DNA of 64,000 nt from Bacillota bacterium. GTDB lineage: Bacteria > Bacillota > Negativicutes > Sporomusales > CTSoil-080. Position 1 is the stretch's first letter. The number at the start of each line of letters is the position of its first letter. The notes beneath the pieces were generated by a model that worked only from the letters and a program-made list of their open reading frames with translations, was not told the origin of the DNA and did no database searches. The stretch spans positions 9,842-73,841 of the forward strand of contig JAGGAD010000013.1 of assembly GCA_017889625.1 (NCBI GenBank). The letters are read 5' to 3'. This document shows, in pieces, positions 1-8,653 of this stretch. The position numbers were made by a program, and so were the translations under genes.

Positions 1-12
1 TGATGCAGATAA

Positions 13-420
<408 letters not shown>

Positions 421-457
421 CCCCAAAAAAAGGAACTATTACATAAGATAAAATGGC

Positions 458-486
458 TGGACTCTACTGAAATTTATCGGTATAAT
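458..486 (+). promoter_or_regulatory. Candidate sigma-A promoter for amtB (TGGACT-N17-TATAAT)
   Basis: tggact at 458-463, 17-nt spacer, tataat at 481-486, in the 192-nt glnB-amtB gap. Motif match only. Confidence 0.35.
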
Positions 487-522
487 AATAGCAGAAGTAT
501 ATAGTAGAAGCAAGGCAATGTA

Positions 523-575
523 GCCTAGAAAACACTATAAGCAATCATAGTGTTTTCTTTGGCTACAATTTTTTT
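523..575 (+). terminator. Terminator-like hairpin plus T-run between glnB and amtB (terminator or leader attenuator)
   Basis: Perfect 12-bp stem agaaaacactat (527-538) / atagtgttttct (547-558) with an 8-nt loop. It can be extended by gcc/ggc. A T7 run follows at 569-575. Confidence 0.5.
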
Positions 576-612
576 GTGTTTAAATGTTTTTAAGCGAGAG
601 GGGAATTTAATA

Positions 613-1923
613 ATGGAAATTACGATTAGTTCATTGGCGACGGGGCTTGACACCGTATGGGTGCTGCTTTGCGCTGCCCTGGTATTTTTGATGGAAGCCG
701 GATTTGCGGCTTTAGAAGCCGGGTTTATTAGAAGTAAAAATGCACTTAACATTATAATGAAGGTTATCATGGATTGTACGGTGGGCATGCTTGGATATTT
801 TGCCTTTGGGTTTGCGATTATGTATGGTATTGACCAAGCTGGTATTATTGGCTCATCTGGTTTCTTTTTAAAAGGGGATATGAGTCATTTGGGGTTACAC
901 ATACCGGTAACAGCCTATTGGCTGTTCCAAGGAGCTTTTGCTATTGCGATGGCGACAATTGTTTCGGGGGCAGTAGCAGAACGGATGAAGTTTGCGCCGT
1001 ATATTGTATTTTCTTTGGCTGCTACGGTGCTTATCTATCCGATTGCCGGACACTGGGTGTGGAGTAGCGGTGGTTGGCTTAATAAAATAGGCATGTTAGA
1101 TTTTGCAGGTTCGGCAGTTGTACATTCGCTTGGCGGTTGGGCTTCTTTGGCGGCAGTTTTAGTGCTGGGGCCGCGAACCGGAAAATTTGCCAAGGATGGT
1201 TCAGTTAATGTTCTGCCGGGTCACAATTTGCCATTGGCAGCTTTGGGTGCATTTATTCTATGGTTTGGCTGGTTTGGTTTTAATCCGGGCAGTACTTTGT
1301 CTGGTTTGGATATGAACATTGCCAAGATTGCTGTTAATACAAATTTGGCAGCCGCGGCTGGCGGGACGGTTGCCGCTCTCTATACAATGATGAAATATGG
1401 TAAGGCGGATCCTAGTATGGCGATAAACGGGGCGTTAGGCGGACTAGTGGCGATTACTGCCAGCTGTGCTTATGTAGAGCCAATTAGCGCGGTTATTATT
1501 GGGGGGATTTGCGGGATTCTTATTGTACTGGCAGTAGCTTTCTTTGATACAATTAAGGCCGATGATCCGGTGGGGGCTATTGCCGTTCATGGGGTGTGTG
1601 GTACGTTTGGTACTATTGCGGTAGGCTTGTTTGCTGAACAGGGTGGACTCTTCTATGGCGGTGGTTTTGTCTTGCTTGGCGTGCAATTTCTCGGGGTAGT
1701 GTGTGTATCGCTGTGGGGGTTTGCCGCAACCTTTACACTCTTTAAAATATTAAAAGCTACGGTAGGGATCAGGGTTTCGGTTGAAGATGAAATTGAAGGT
1801 TTGGATATTGTTGAGCATGGTTTTACGGCATATAATGATTTGGAATGTAATCCTTTAAAAACTTTAAGCCATACGCCGACACTTGGGGTAATAGCGGTTA
1901 CTGAATCGCCCACCGTTAAATAA
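613..1923 (+). CDS. amtB: Ammonium transporter (Amt family)
   Basis: 436 aa polytopic membrane protein. Amt signatures: DTVWVLLCAALVFLMEAGFA, DFAGSAVVHSLGGW, FGWFGFNPGS, AVHGVCGTFG. SD gagagggg precedes ATG 613. The ORF-track start at 550 lies inside the leader hairpin. Confidence 0.92.
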   Translation: MEITISSLATGLDTVWVLLCAALVFLMEAGFAALEAGFIRSKNALNIIMKVIMDCTVGMLGYFAFGFAIMYGIDQAGIIGSSGFFLKGDMSHLGLHIPVTAYWLFQGAFAIAMATIVSGAVAERMKFAPYIVFSLAATVLIYPIAGHWVWSSGGWLNKIGMLDFAGSAVVHSLGGWASLAAVLVLGPRTGKFAKDGSVNVLPGHNLPLAALGAFILWFGWFGFNPGSTLSGLDMNIAKIAVNTNLAAAAGGTVAALYTMMKYGKADPSMAINGALGGLVAITASCAYVEPISAVIIGGICGILIVLAVAFFDTIKADDPVGAIAVHGVCGTFGTIAVGLFAEQGGLFYGGGFVLLGVQFLGVVCVSLWGFAATFTLFKILKATVGIRVSVEDEIEGLDIVEHGFTAYNDLECNPLKTLSHTPTLGVIAVTESPTVK

Positions 1924-1934
1924 ATTTCAGATCT

Positions 1935-1988
1935 AAAAAAAATGTAACCATCAAGGTACTAAAAAGTGCTTTGATGGTTACATTTTTT
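1935..1988 (+). terminator. Rho-independent terminator after amtB (bidirectional shape)
   Basis: 13-bp stem atgtaaccatcaa (1942-1954) / ttgatggttacat (1971-1983), flanked by an A-run on the 5' side and a T6 run on the 3' side. Confidence 0.85.
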
Positions 1989-2053
1989 ATTAGGATTAAG
2001 CCTAGGTACAATGGTAATAACTAAACCGAGTAAAAACGGTAGGAGTGTTTATC

Positions 2054-3115
2054 GTGAAAACCGCAATATTTTTGGGAGGTGGGGCCTCGGCGGCGGCAAT
2101 GGCACCCGTTCAGGCGGATTTATTTCGTGAATATTTTAGTCTGGTCAGACAACGCCCGGAAATTATAAATTCGGAAATGTATCGGGAAGTAACGGCGTAT
2201 TTTGCCGCTTTCTTTGGTATTGATGTCATAAATAGCAAGCTAGATGATTTGCTGTTTCCTACCTTTGAAGAAGCACTTGGCATTCTGGATTTGGCAGTGC
2301 GGCGGCGTGAAGCGTTTAAAAAGTTTGATCTTGAGAATGTTAGTAAAAATAGTAATCGTATTGGGTTCTTGCGTCAGTATCTGGTATTGTTAATGGCGGC
2401 GGTGTTAGATTGCAAAAGCGGTGATCGGCGGAGACTGCATCGTAAGCTGGTAGAAGGTCTTGGCCAAAAGGGGTTGTTAGCGGAGACAAGCTTTATTACA
2501 ACTAATTATGATCTTTTACTTGATGATGCTATAGTCAGTGAAGCAGCTTGCAAAATTGATTATGGTATTGAATTCTTTAATAAAAAGCCACTAAATAATG
2601 AGGTGAAAAATGTTCTATGGGTAAAGTTGTACAAAATCCATGGGTCTTTGAATTGGCTGTATTGTCCAGCTTGTAACGTTATCCGTCTTACGGCTAAAGA
2701 AAAAGGGGTTGTCCGTTTGCTGGAGGACATAAAAAATTCCGATTGTGAGCAATGCAAGTCGGTTATGCTGCCGGTTATAGTTCCACCGACTTTTTTTAAG
2801 GACATGTCTAATGCTTTTTTAAGTATGGTCTGGTATAAAGCTGAGCAGGCATTAATGGAAGTTGATAAAATTATTTTTTGCGGTTATTCTTTTTCAGACG
2901 CAGATATTCACATTAAGTATCTTATAAAACGAATTCAGACGAATCGGTTAAATCCAGCAGCGCTTTCAATATATGTAGTTAATAATTATCCAACCAAAAG
3001 TGAACATTCGCGAAATAGTGAAAAACGCCGGTATAAAAGATTTTTAGGCCGGGTAGTTAACTACACCGACCTATCTTTTGAAGAGTTCGCCGCTAATCCG
3101 ACGTGCCTTTATTGA
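2054..3115 (+). CDS. Standalone SIR2_2-type (sirtuin-like) NAD-binding protein with an embedded CxxC...CxxC zinc ribbon
   Basis: About 353 aa. Motifs in ORF-track numbering: GGGAS (10-15), TTNYD (152-156), KIHGSLNW (His199), C207-x2-C210 ... C234-x2-C237, GYSFSD (280-285). SD aggag lies 9 nt before GTG 2054. GTG 2045 is an alternative start. Confidence 0.75.
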   Translation: MKTAIFLGGGASAAAMAPVQADLFREYFSLVRQRPEIINSEMYREVTAYFAAFFGIDVINSKLDDLLFPTFEEALGILDLAVRRREAFKKFDLENVSKNSNRIGFLRQYLVLLMAAVLDCKSGDRRRLHRKLVEGLGQKGLLAETSFITTNYDLLLDDAIVSEAACKIDYGIEFFNKKPLNNEVKNVLWVKLYKIHGSLNWLYCPACNVIRLTAKEKGVVRLLEDIKNSDCEQCKSVMLPVIVPPTFFKDMSNAFLSMVWYKAEQALMEVDKIIFCGYSFSDADIHIKYLIKRIQTNRLNPAALSIYVVNNYPTKSEHSRNSEKRRYKRFLGRVVNYTDLSFEEFAANPTCLY

Positions 3116-3134
3116 ATTGATAATCGTGGCTGGT

Positions 3135-4184
3135 TTATGCTTGAATCAGACGGGGGTTTGGTATATATTGACGGCCAGCTTTGGAGCAAGGTTTTCCGTC
3201 AACCATTACAATATCAGCAGTAAAATTAATATTATCATTAAATAAGCTGCTGCCGACTGCATAGATATCAACAGGAACCTTTGCGGCTTCAAAATCTTTA
3301 ATCCGTTCGACATTAAAGCCGCCGGATACCATGATTTTTACGTGGCTGAATCCTGCTTGGTCCAGGGCTTGGCGCACATTGAATACTAGCTGGGCGCAAA
3401 CACCGGTTGGCTTAAAATTACCCATGTATGGTAGTACCGAGGTGTCTACTAAGTTGTCACTGGTATCCATTCGGATGGCCCAAAGCTTTTCTTTAAAATT
3501 ATGGGCTACTTCAAGGGCTGTAGCTACGCAATCGTTGTTATAGTCTACTAGGGCGATCCGGTTAACGTTAGGATCGATATGTTGATCAAAGGCTTTGGTT
3601 GCCAGAATAGTATCGCCGCCATAGGTAGCGATTAGCGAGTGGGGAATGGTGCCCATTGCCGGAGCATCCCAGTAGTAGCCGTTGGCGGGGGTGGAAACAC
3701 CGCTTGCTCCGCCGATATGGGCTGCGTAGCCGTCGGAAAGTTGCGTAGCGAAGTAATCAAAACGAGAGGGGAAAAACACCATTGGTTTGCCGTTAGCCGC
3801 TACTACTACATTTTTTACATTGGTCGCAATTTTGGTTTGACGTGATAGTGATCCTAGATAGACAGTTTCTAAATGCGAAAAATCAGCAAGGTCGCCTTCG
3901 ATGGTCATTACAGATTCCCAAGGTTTAACAGTATCACCGTCATAAAGAGCTTTGATTGTGAGATTTTCCGGGTTATGGGCGCATCTCTTAATTATGGCGA
4001 TAGCTTCGTCAATACCGCATACGGTGGCGTTTTGACGTTGGAATATTTGCATCATGACTTTTGGGTGATGGTTATCTTTGAGTAATATATCACGAGTTTT
4101 CAAAAAATAACTATCACTATAAAAGCCGGATTTAATTTCTTCCACCGGAATGCGAAAAATATCCGGAGATAGACGTTGTTTCAT
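3135..4184 (-). CDS. Type II phosphoribosyltransferase, nicotinate phosphoribosyltransferase-like (short archaeal/clostridial type)
   Basis: 349 aa. N-terminal FYSDSYFLKTRDIL, central GTIPHSLI, C-terminal IMVSGGFN...VDIYAVGSSL; these are typical of NAPRT/QPRT-fold enzymes. SD ggagg lies 7 nt before the ATG at 4184 on the minus strand. This is the only minus-strand gene in the window. Confidence 0.72.
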   Translation of the reverse strand: MKQRLSPDIFRIPVEEIKSGFYSDSYFLKTRDILLKDNHHPKVMMQIFQRQNATVCGIDEAIAIIKRCAHNPENLTIKALYDGDTVKPWESVMTIEGDLADFSHLETVYLGSLSRQTKIATNVKNVVVAANGKPMVFFPSRFDYFATQLSDGYAAHIGGASGVSTPANGYYWDAPAMGTIPHSLIATYGGDTILATKAFDQHIDPNVNRIALVDYNNDCVATALEVAHNFKEKLWAIRMDTSDNLVDTSVLPYMGNFKPTGVCAQLVFNVRQALDQAGFSHVKIMVSGGFNVERIKDFEAAKVPVDIYAVGSSLFNDNINFTADIVMVDGKPCSKAGRQYIPNPRLIQA

Positions 4185-4251
4185 TTTTTTGCCTCCAAGT
4201 TTCTCTATTTCCATAGTTTTCATTAATACTAGTTTATTTTACATATAAACA

Positions 4252-4260
4252 TGATACAAT
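4252..4260 (+). promoter_or_regulatory. Candidate extended -10 promoter element for folP operon (TGaTACAAT)
   Basis: tgatacaat at 4252-4260, about 35 nt upstream of the folP start. The -35 is weak (tttatt). Confidence 0.4.
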
Positions 4261-4294
4261 AAAAATGTATTTTACGGCAATAGGAGGACCATAA

Positions 4295-5506
4295 TTGAAT
4301 TGTAATTCGCGGATTTTATATATAAAAAATAGCGATCAGGCGATACAAGAATTAAAAAAACTAGAATGTGATGCGGCTGGTGTGAATATAATGGCTGCTA
4401 AAGCAGTCTTTAAAACAATAAAATTGGAAGCGGTTAGTGCCAAAGCGGCTAATCTTTTAAAGCAAACGTTTTTAGCTAAAGGCGGTGAAGTGGCGATTGC
4501 CAGGGGGACGGCTGATCTTAGTATTACATGTACTGATGTATTAATTTGTGCTACGATAAAACAATATCGTCTGGCACTGGCTCAGCTGAAACAACAGCCT
4601 TGGGGGTTGCCAAAACTTGCGGCAGCGATAGAAAAAGTACTAATTGCTTCGGAAACACCGTTATGCCGTGAATATAATTGGACTGACCGTTCGTTAAAGA
4701 TAAAGCCGGGCCGGACGTTAGTTATGGGAATTTTAAATGTTACGCCTGACTCGTTTTCCGATGGCGGGAAGTATAATTTGCTTGATACGGCCCTAAAACA
4801 TGCTGAAGCGATGGCTAATGATGGTGCGGACATTATTGATATTGGTGCCGAGTCTACCAGACCGGATGGCACTGACAAGGTGGCGGCGGAAGAAGAGTTA
4901 ACACGCCTATTGCCGGTGCTGGAAAAATTATTAGCAGTGTCTCCGCTGCCGATATCGGTAGATACTTATAAAGCGGAAGTGGCCGAAGAAGCCTTGAAGC
5001 TAGGCGCTCATATTATTAATGATGTTTGGGGTCTTCAGTATGAGCCAGAAATGGCCAAAGTAGTCGCTAAATATGGTGCACCGGTTGTTGTTATGCATAA
5101 TCAGGAAAGCACGACGTATGACGGAGATATTTTAGCCAATATTAGTGCTTTTTTGCAGCGCAGTGTGGAAATAGGGATTCAAGCGGGGATCGATTTTAAT
5201 AAAATAATAATTGATCCTGGAATTGGTTTTGGTAAAACAACTGAACAAAATTTAACAGTGATGTCCCGCCTGGCAGAAATTAAGGTTATCGGTTGTCCTA
5301 TTTTGCTGGGAACCTCGTGTAAACGGTTTATCGGTGAAACTTTAGGAGGTCTGGCTGTTAATGAGCGAGGAGAAGGAACAGCAGCCTCGGTGGCATTAGG
5401 AATTGTCAACGGAGCTAATATTGTAAGAGTTCATGATGTAAGAGCTATTGCTAGAGTTGCCAGAATGACAGATGCTATATTAAGGAGTGAAGATGATGAG
5501 CGATAA
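4295..5506 (+). CDS. folP: Dihydropteroate synthase with an N-terminal extension of about 125 aa
   Basis: The C-terminal ~275 aa carry DHPS motifs: VMGILNVTPDSFSDGG, DIIDIGAESTRP, SVDTYK, INDVWG, IIDPGIGFGK, RVHDV. SD aggagg lies 7 nt before TTG 4295. Confidence 0.9.
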   Translation: MNCNSRILYIKNSDQAIQELKKLECDAAGVNIMAAKAVFKTIKLEAVSAKAANLLKQTFLAKGGEVAIARGTADLSITCTDVLICATIKQYRLALAQLKQQPWGLPKLAAAIEKVLIASETPLCREYNWTDRSLKIKPGRTLVMGILNVTPDSFSDGGKYNLLDTALKHAEAMANDGADIIDIGAESTRPDGTDKVAAEEELTRLLPVLEKLLAVSPLPISVDTYKAEVAEEALKLGAHIINDVWGLQYEPEMAKVVAKYGAPVVVMHNQESTTYDGDILANISAFLQRSVEIGIQAGIDFNKIIIDPGIGFGKTTEQNLTVMSRLAEIKVIGCPILLGTSCKRFIGETLGGLAVNERGEGTAASVALGIVNGANIVRVHDVRAIARVARMTDAILRSEDDER

Positions 5507-5855
5507 AATTTTGCTTCAGAATATGATGTTTTATGGTTATCATGGTGTTTACGAATATGAACGTGAACAAGGCCAACGATTTTATGTTGATGTTGAACTT
5601 TCTTTAGATTTTGGCAGAGCGGCTACTTCCGATGATTTGGCAGATACCTTAAACTATGTGTTGGTTTATCAGCAGATTAAAGATATCATGGAAACACGCA
5701 GATTTAGATTGCTTGAAGCGTTGGCCGAGCATATTGCCAATACACTTTTAACTGGTAGAGTTAATCAGGTTACGGTTAGGGTGCGTAAACCTCAAGTTCC
5801 GCTGCCAGGACAACTTGATTATATACAAATTGAAGTAAATCGGAGCATAGAATGA
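5493..5855 (+). CDS. folB: Dihydroneopterin aldolase
   Basis: About 120 aa. FolB signature MFYGYHGVYEYEREQGQRFYVDVEL and position between folP and folK. The start overlaps the folP end. Confidence 0.9.
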   Translation: MMSDKILLQNMMFYGYHGVYEYEREQGQRFYVDVELSLDFGRAATSDDLADTLNYVLVYQQIKDIMETRRFRLLEALAEHIANTLLTGRVNQVTVRVRKPQVPLPGQLDYIQIEVNRSIE

Positions 5856-6340
5856 TTTTTTTGGGGCTAGGGTCCAATCTCGGTGATCGTGAAGAAAATA
5901 TAAATGCGGCAATAACTGCTTTAAATACTCACCCTGCTATTGTTGTAAAAATCGTTTCCTCCATTTATGAAACTGCCCCGATTGGCTATACTGACCAGCC
6001 ATATTTTTTAAATGCAGTTATTATTATTGAAACGTTACTATCGCCGTTTGCGCTGCTTGCCGAATGTTTAGACATAGAACAAGCATTGGGCCGGATTAGA
6101 GACCAACGATGGGGGCCACGGACAATAGATATTGATATTGTAGCGTTTGATGATTATGAGTGTAAAACCCAAGTGCTTACATTACCTCATCCCCGTCTGG
6201 CGGAGCGGGGATTTGTCTTGGTTCCGTTAGTGGAAATTGCGTCTGAACAAAAAGTTTGCAATAGAAAAACACCGGCAGAACTTTTAGCTGGTGTTGATAT
6301 TAATGAAATAACACTATATAAAAAGCGGCTGGGGAGGTGA
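5852..6340 (+). CDS. folK: 6-hydroxymethyl-7,8-dihydropterin pyrophosphokinase
   Basis: 162 aa. Motifs LGLGSNLGDR, RWGPRTIDIDI, LPHPRLAERGFVLVPL. ATG overlaps the folB stop (ATGA). Confidence 0.9.
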   Translation: MIFLGLGSNLGDREENINAAITALNTHPAIVVKIVSSIYETAPIGYTDQPYFLNAVIIIETLLSPFALLAECLDIEQALGRIRDQRWGPRTIDIDIVAFDDYECKTQVLTLPHPRLAERGFVLVPLVEIASEQKVCNRKTPAELLAGVDINEITLYKKRLGR

Positions 6341-6344
6341 AGTG

Positions 6345-7490
6345 ATGACCGAACCATGCAAAATTCTTTATATTAGTGCGCCGATTGGTTCAGGACATGT
6401 TCGGGCTGCAAAGGCTATGGGATCGGCTATTAGCCAACTTGATGATAAGATTGTTGTTGATTATGTCGACTTTTTTAATTTCTTTAGCCCGTTTATTGGT
6501 AAAACTATTTTGAAATCATATTTTGCTATTTTGGACATCTTTCCGCAGCTTTATGGCAAAATGTATGGTTGGGGTAATACTAGTCCGTTAGCGCTTAAAG
6601 GGCAGGAATTGGTTAGTGGCTATCTGGCCGAAAGAATACACCGGTATATAAAGCAGACTAAGCCGGATGCTATTGTTTGCACTCATGCCACTCCCGCCGG
6701 CTTGACGGCGCATTTGATAAAAAAAGTGGGATTAACAATACCTGTGTTTGGGGTAGTGACAGATTTTACGGTTCATCGCTTGTGGGTATATCCGGAATTA
6801 ACTAGATATTTTGTTGCTAATGAAAAAATGCGTGATGTTTTGGCTCATCATGGCGTTAGCTATGAACAGAGCCAGGCCCTTGGTATTCCCGTTGATTTAA
6901 AGTTTAGTGTCCCTTATACCAAAGAAAGTTTGCGAACTTCATTTAATTTACAACCGGATTGTAAGACCGTGCTGGTAATGGGTGGGGGAGCTGGGGTGAT
7001 GCCCATGACGGAAATAATTAAGACTTGTGACCAAGTGGGGATACCATTACAAGTGATTGCGGTAGCGGGAAATAATAAATCACTGTATCGGCAGCTAGAA
7101 AAGCTCAAAATGCGGTTAAAACATTGCGATTTAAAGCTTTATGGCTATGTTGATAATATTCATGAACTTATGGCGGTAGCCGATCTTTTGATCTCTAAAC
7201 CAGGGGGGATGACCTCCGCGGAAGCTTTGTGCGCGGGGCTGCCAATGCTTATTTATCGGCCGATACCAGGCCAAGAAGAGGCGAATACCCGCTATCTTGT
7301 AGATAAAAGTGCGGCATTACGGGCCGGATCGCTAGCACAAATAAAGGCAGCGATGATTCATCTTCTTGTTGACAACCCTTCTGAGTTAGAATATATTGGG
7401 AAATGTGCTATGGGGGAAGGACGTCCGACAGCGGCGCCTAATATTGCTGAAAATATTTTAGAAACGCTGAAAAATGGTAAATCCAATTAA
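6345..7490 (+). CDS. MGDG-synthase/GT28 family diacylglycerol glycosyltransferase (UgtP-like)
   Basis: 381 aa. N-terminal ILYISAPIGSGHVRAAKA; C-terminal GT-B motif SKPGGMTSAEALCAGLPM. Same size and layout as B. subtilis UgtP. Confidence 0.78.
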   Translation: MTEPCKILYISAPIGSGHVRAAKAMGSAISQLDDKIVVDYVDFFNFFSPFIGKTILKSYFAILDIFPQLYGKMYGWGNTSPLALKGQELVSGYLAERIHRYIKQTKPDAIVCTHATPAGLTAHLIKKVGLTIPVFGVVTDFTVHRLWVYPELTRYFVANEKMRDVLAHHGVSYEQSQALGIPVDLKFSVPYTKESLRTSFNLQPDCKTVLVMGGGAGVMPMTEIIKTCDQVGIPLQVIAVAGNNKSLYRQLEKLKMRLKHCDLKLYGYVDNIHELMAVADLLISKPGGMTSAEALCAGLPMLIYRPIPGQEEANTRYLVDKSAALRAGSLAQIKAAMIHLLVDNPSELEYIGKCAMGEGRPTAAPNIAENILETLKNGKSN

Positions 7491-7498
7491 CCCATGGC

Positions 7499-7527
7499 TT
7501 GACGTAAGTATTTTTCATAGTTATAAT
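7499..7527 (+). promoter_or_regulatory. Sigma-A promoter upstream of dprA-topA (TTGACG-N17-TATAAT)
   Basis: ttgacg at 7499-7504, exactly 17-nt spacer, tataat at 7522-7527. It lies 29 nt upstream of the dprA start. Confidence 0.6.
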
Positions 7528-7555
7528 TAGCAAAATAGCTACATGTGGAGGAGCG

Positions 7556-8653
7556 GTGGTGGAACGATATTATTGGGCATTATTGCAAACAGTACCAGGG
7601 GTTGGCAATGCGCGTCTAAAGGCTCTTATCAGTTTTTTTGGTAGTGCCAGTAAAGTATGGCAAGCTAGCAGCCGTGAGTTGATCAGTTCTGGTGTTATTA
7701 GTATTGCAGTGTGTAATAATATTGTGAACCAGCGGGATAAGCTAGATATAGACAGTCTGCGGAATGAATGGGAAAAAAAACAGATCGGTCTTTGCACTTT
7801 GGCAGATAAAGAGTATCCAGTGCAGTTGGCCAGAATCTTTAATCCTCCGGCAGTTTTGTATTACCGGGGACGTTTGTCCACTGATGAACAATTAGTAGCT
7901 ATTGTTGGTGCCAGGAAGGCTTCGGCTTACGGGCGGAATGCCGCTAAATGTTTAGCCAGTGGTATTGCTGCAGCAGGGATAGGCGTGGTCAGTGGGGCGG
8001 CGCGTGGAATTGATACTGCCGCTCACCAGGGGGCGCTTGCCAGCGGGGGCTATACTATAGCGGTATTAGGTTGCGGCGTTGATATTGTTTATCCGCCGGA
8101 AAACGGCAAATTGCTTGCGATAATTGCTGAACAAGGTGCGGTTATTTCAGAGTATGCACCAGGAACCCCACCGATGGCTAAATTTTTTCCGGCTAGAAAT
8201 AGAATTATTAGCGGCTTAGCGAGAGGTGTGCTAGTGGTTGAAGCTGCTGAAAAAAGCGGTTCACTGATCACTGCAGATTTTGCGCTTGAAGAGGGCAGGG
8301 ATGTTTTTGCCGTACCGGGAAGTATGTTTGCGTCTGGCAGTAAAGGGGTTAACCGGTTGATAAAACAAGGGGCAAAGCTGGTTGATAACGCTATTGATGT
8401 CCTTGAAGAATATGGCGTGGGAAAATTAGCGCAAGATAAAATGATCAAAATATCAGTTGATAAAGATGAAAAGACAGTATATCAGGCTTTATTTTATGAT
8501 AAACCGTTAGGGTTAGAAGAACTGATGCAAAAGGTATCTTTTGAAAACCAGGCGATTACATATATATTATTACAATTAGAATTGAAGGGTCTGATAGTGC
8601 GATACAGTGGACAACAATTTGTCCGCGTTGCAGGGAGGGAACTCTTTGAATAA
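7556..8653 (+). CDS. dprA: DNA processing protein A (Smf)
   Basis: 365 aa. Rossmann core VAIVGARKASAYG ... SGAARGIDTAAHQGAL ... FPARNRIISGL. Located upstream of topA, as in B. subtilis smf-topA. Confidence 0.9.
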   Translation: MVERYYWALLQTVPGVGNARLKALISFFGSASKVWQASSRELISSGVISIAVCNNIVNQRDKLDIDSLRNEWEKKQIGLCTLADKEYPVQLARIFNPPAVLYYRGRLSTDEQLVAIVGARKASAYGRNAAKCLASGIAAAGIGVVSGAARGIDTAAHQGALASGGYTIAVLGCGVDIVYPPENGKLLAIIAEQGAVISEYAPGTPPMAKFFPARNRIISGLARGVLVVEAAEKSGSLITADFALEEGRDVFAVPGSMFASGSKGVNRLIKQGAKLVDNAIDVLEEYGVGKLAQDKMIKISVDKDEKTVYQALFYDKPLGLEELMQKVSFENQAITYILLQLELKGLIVRYSGQQFVRVAGRELFE

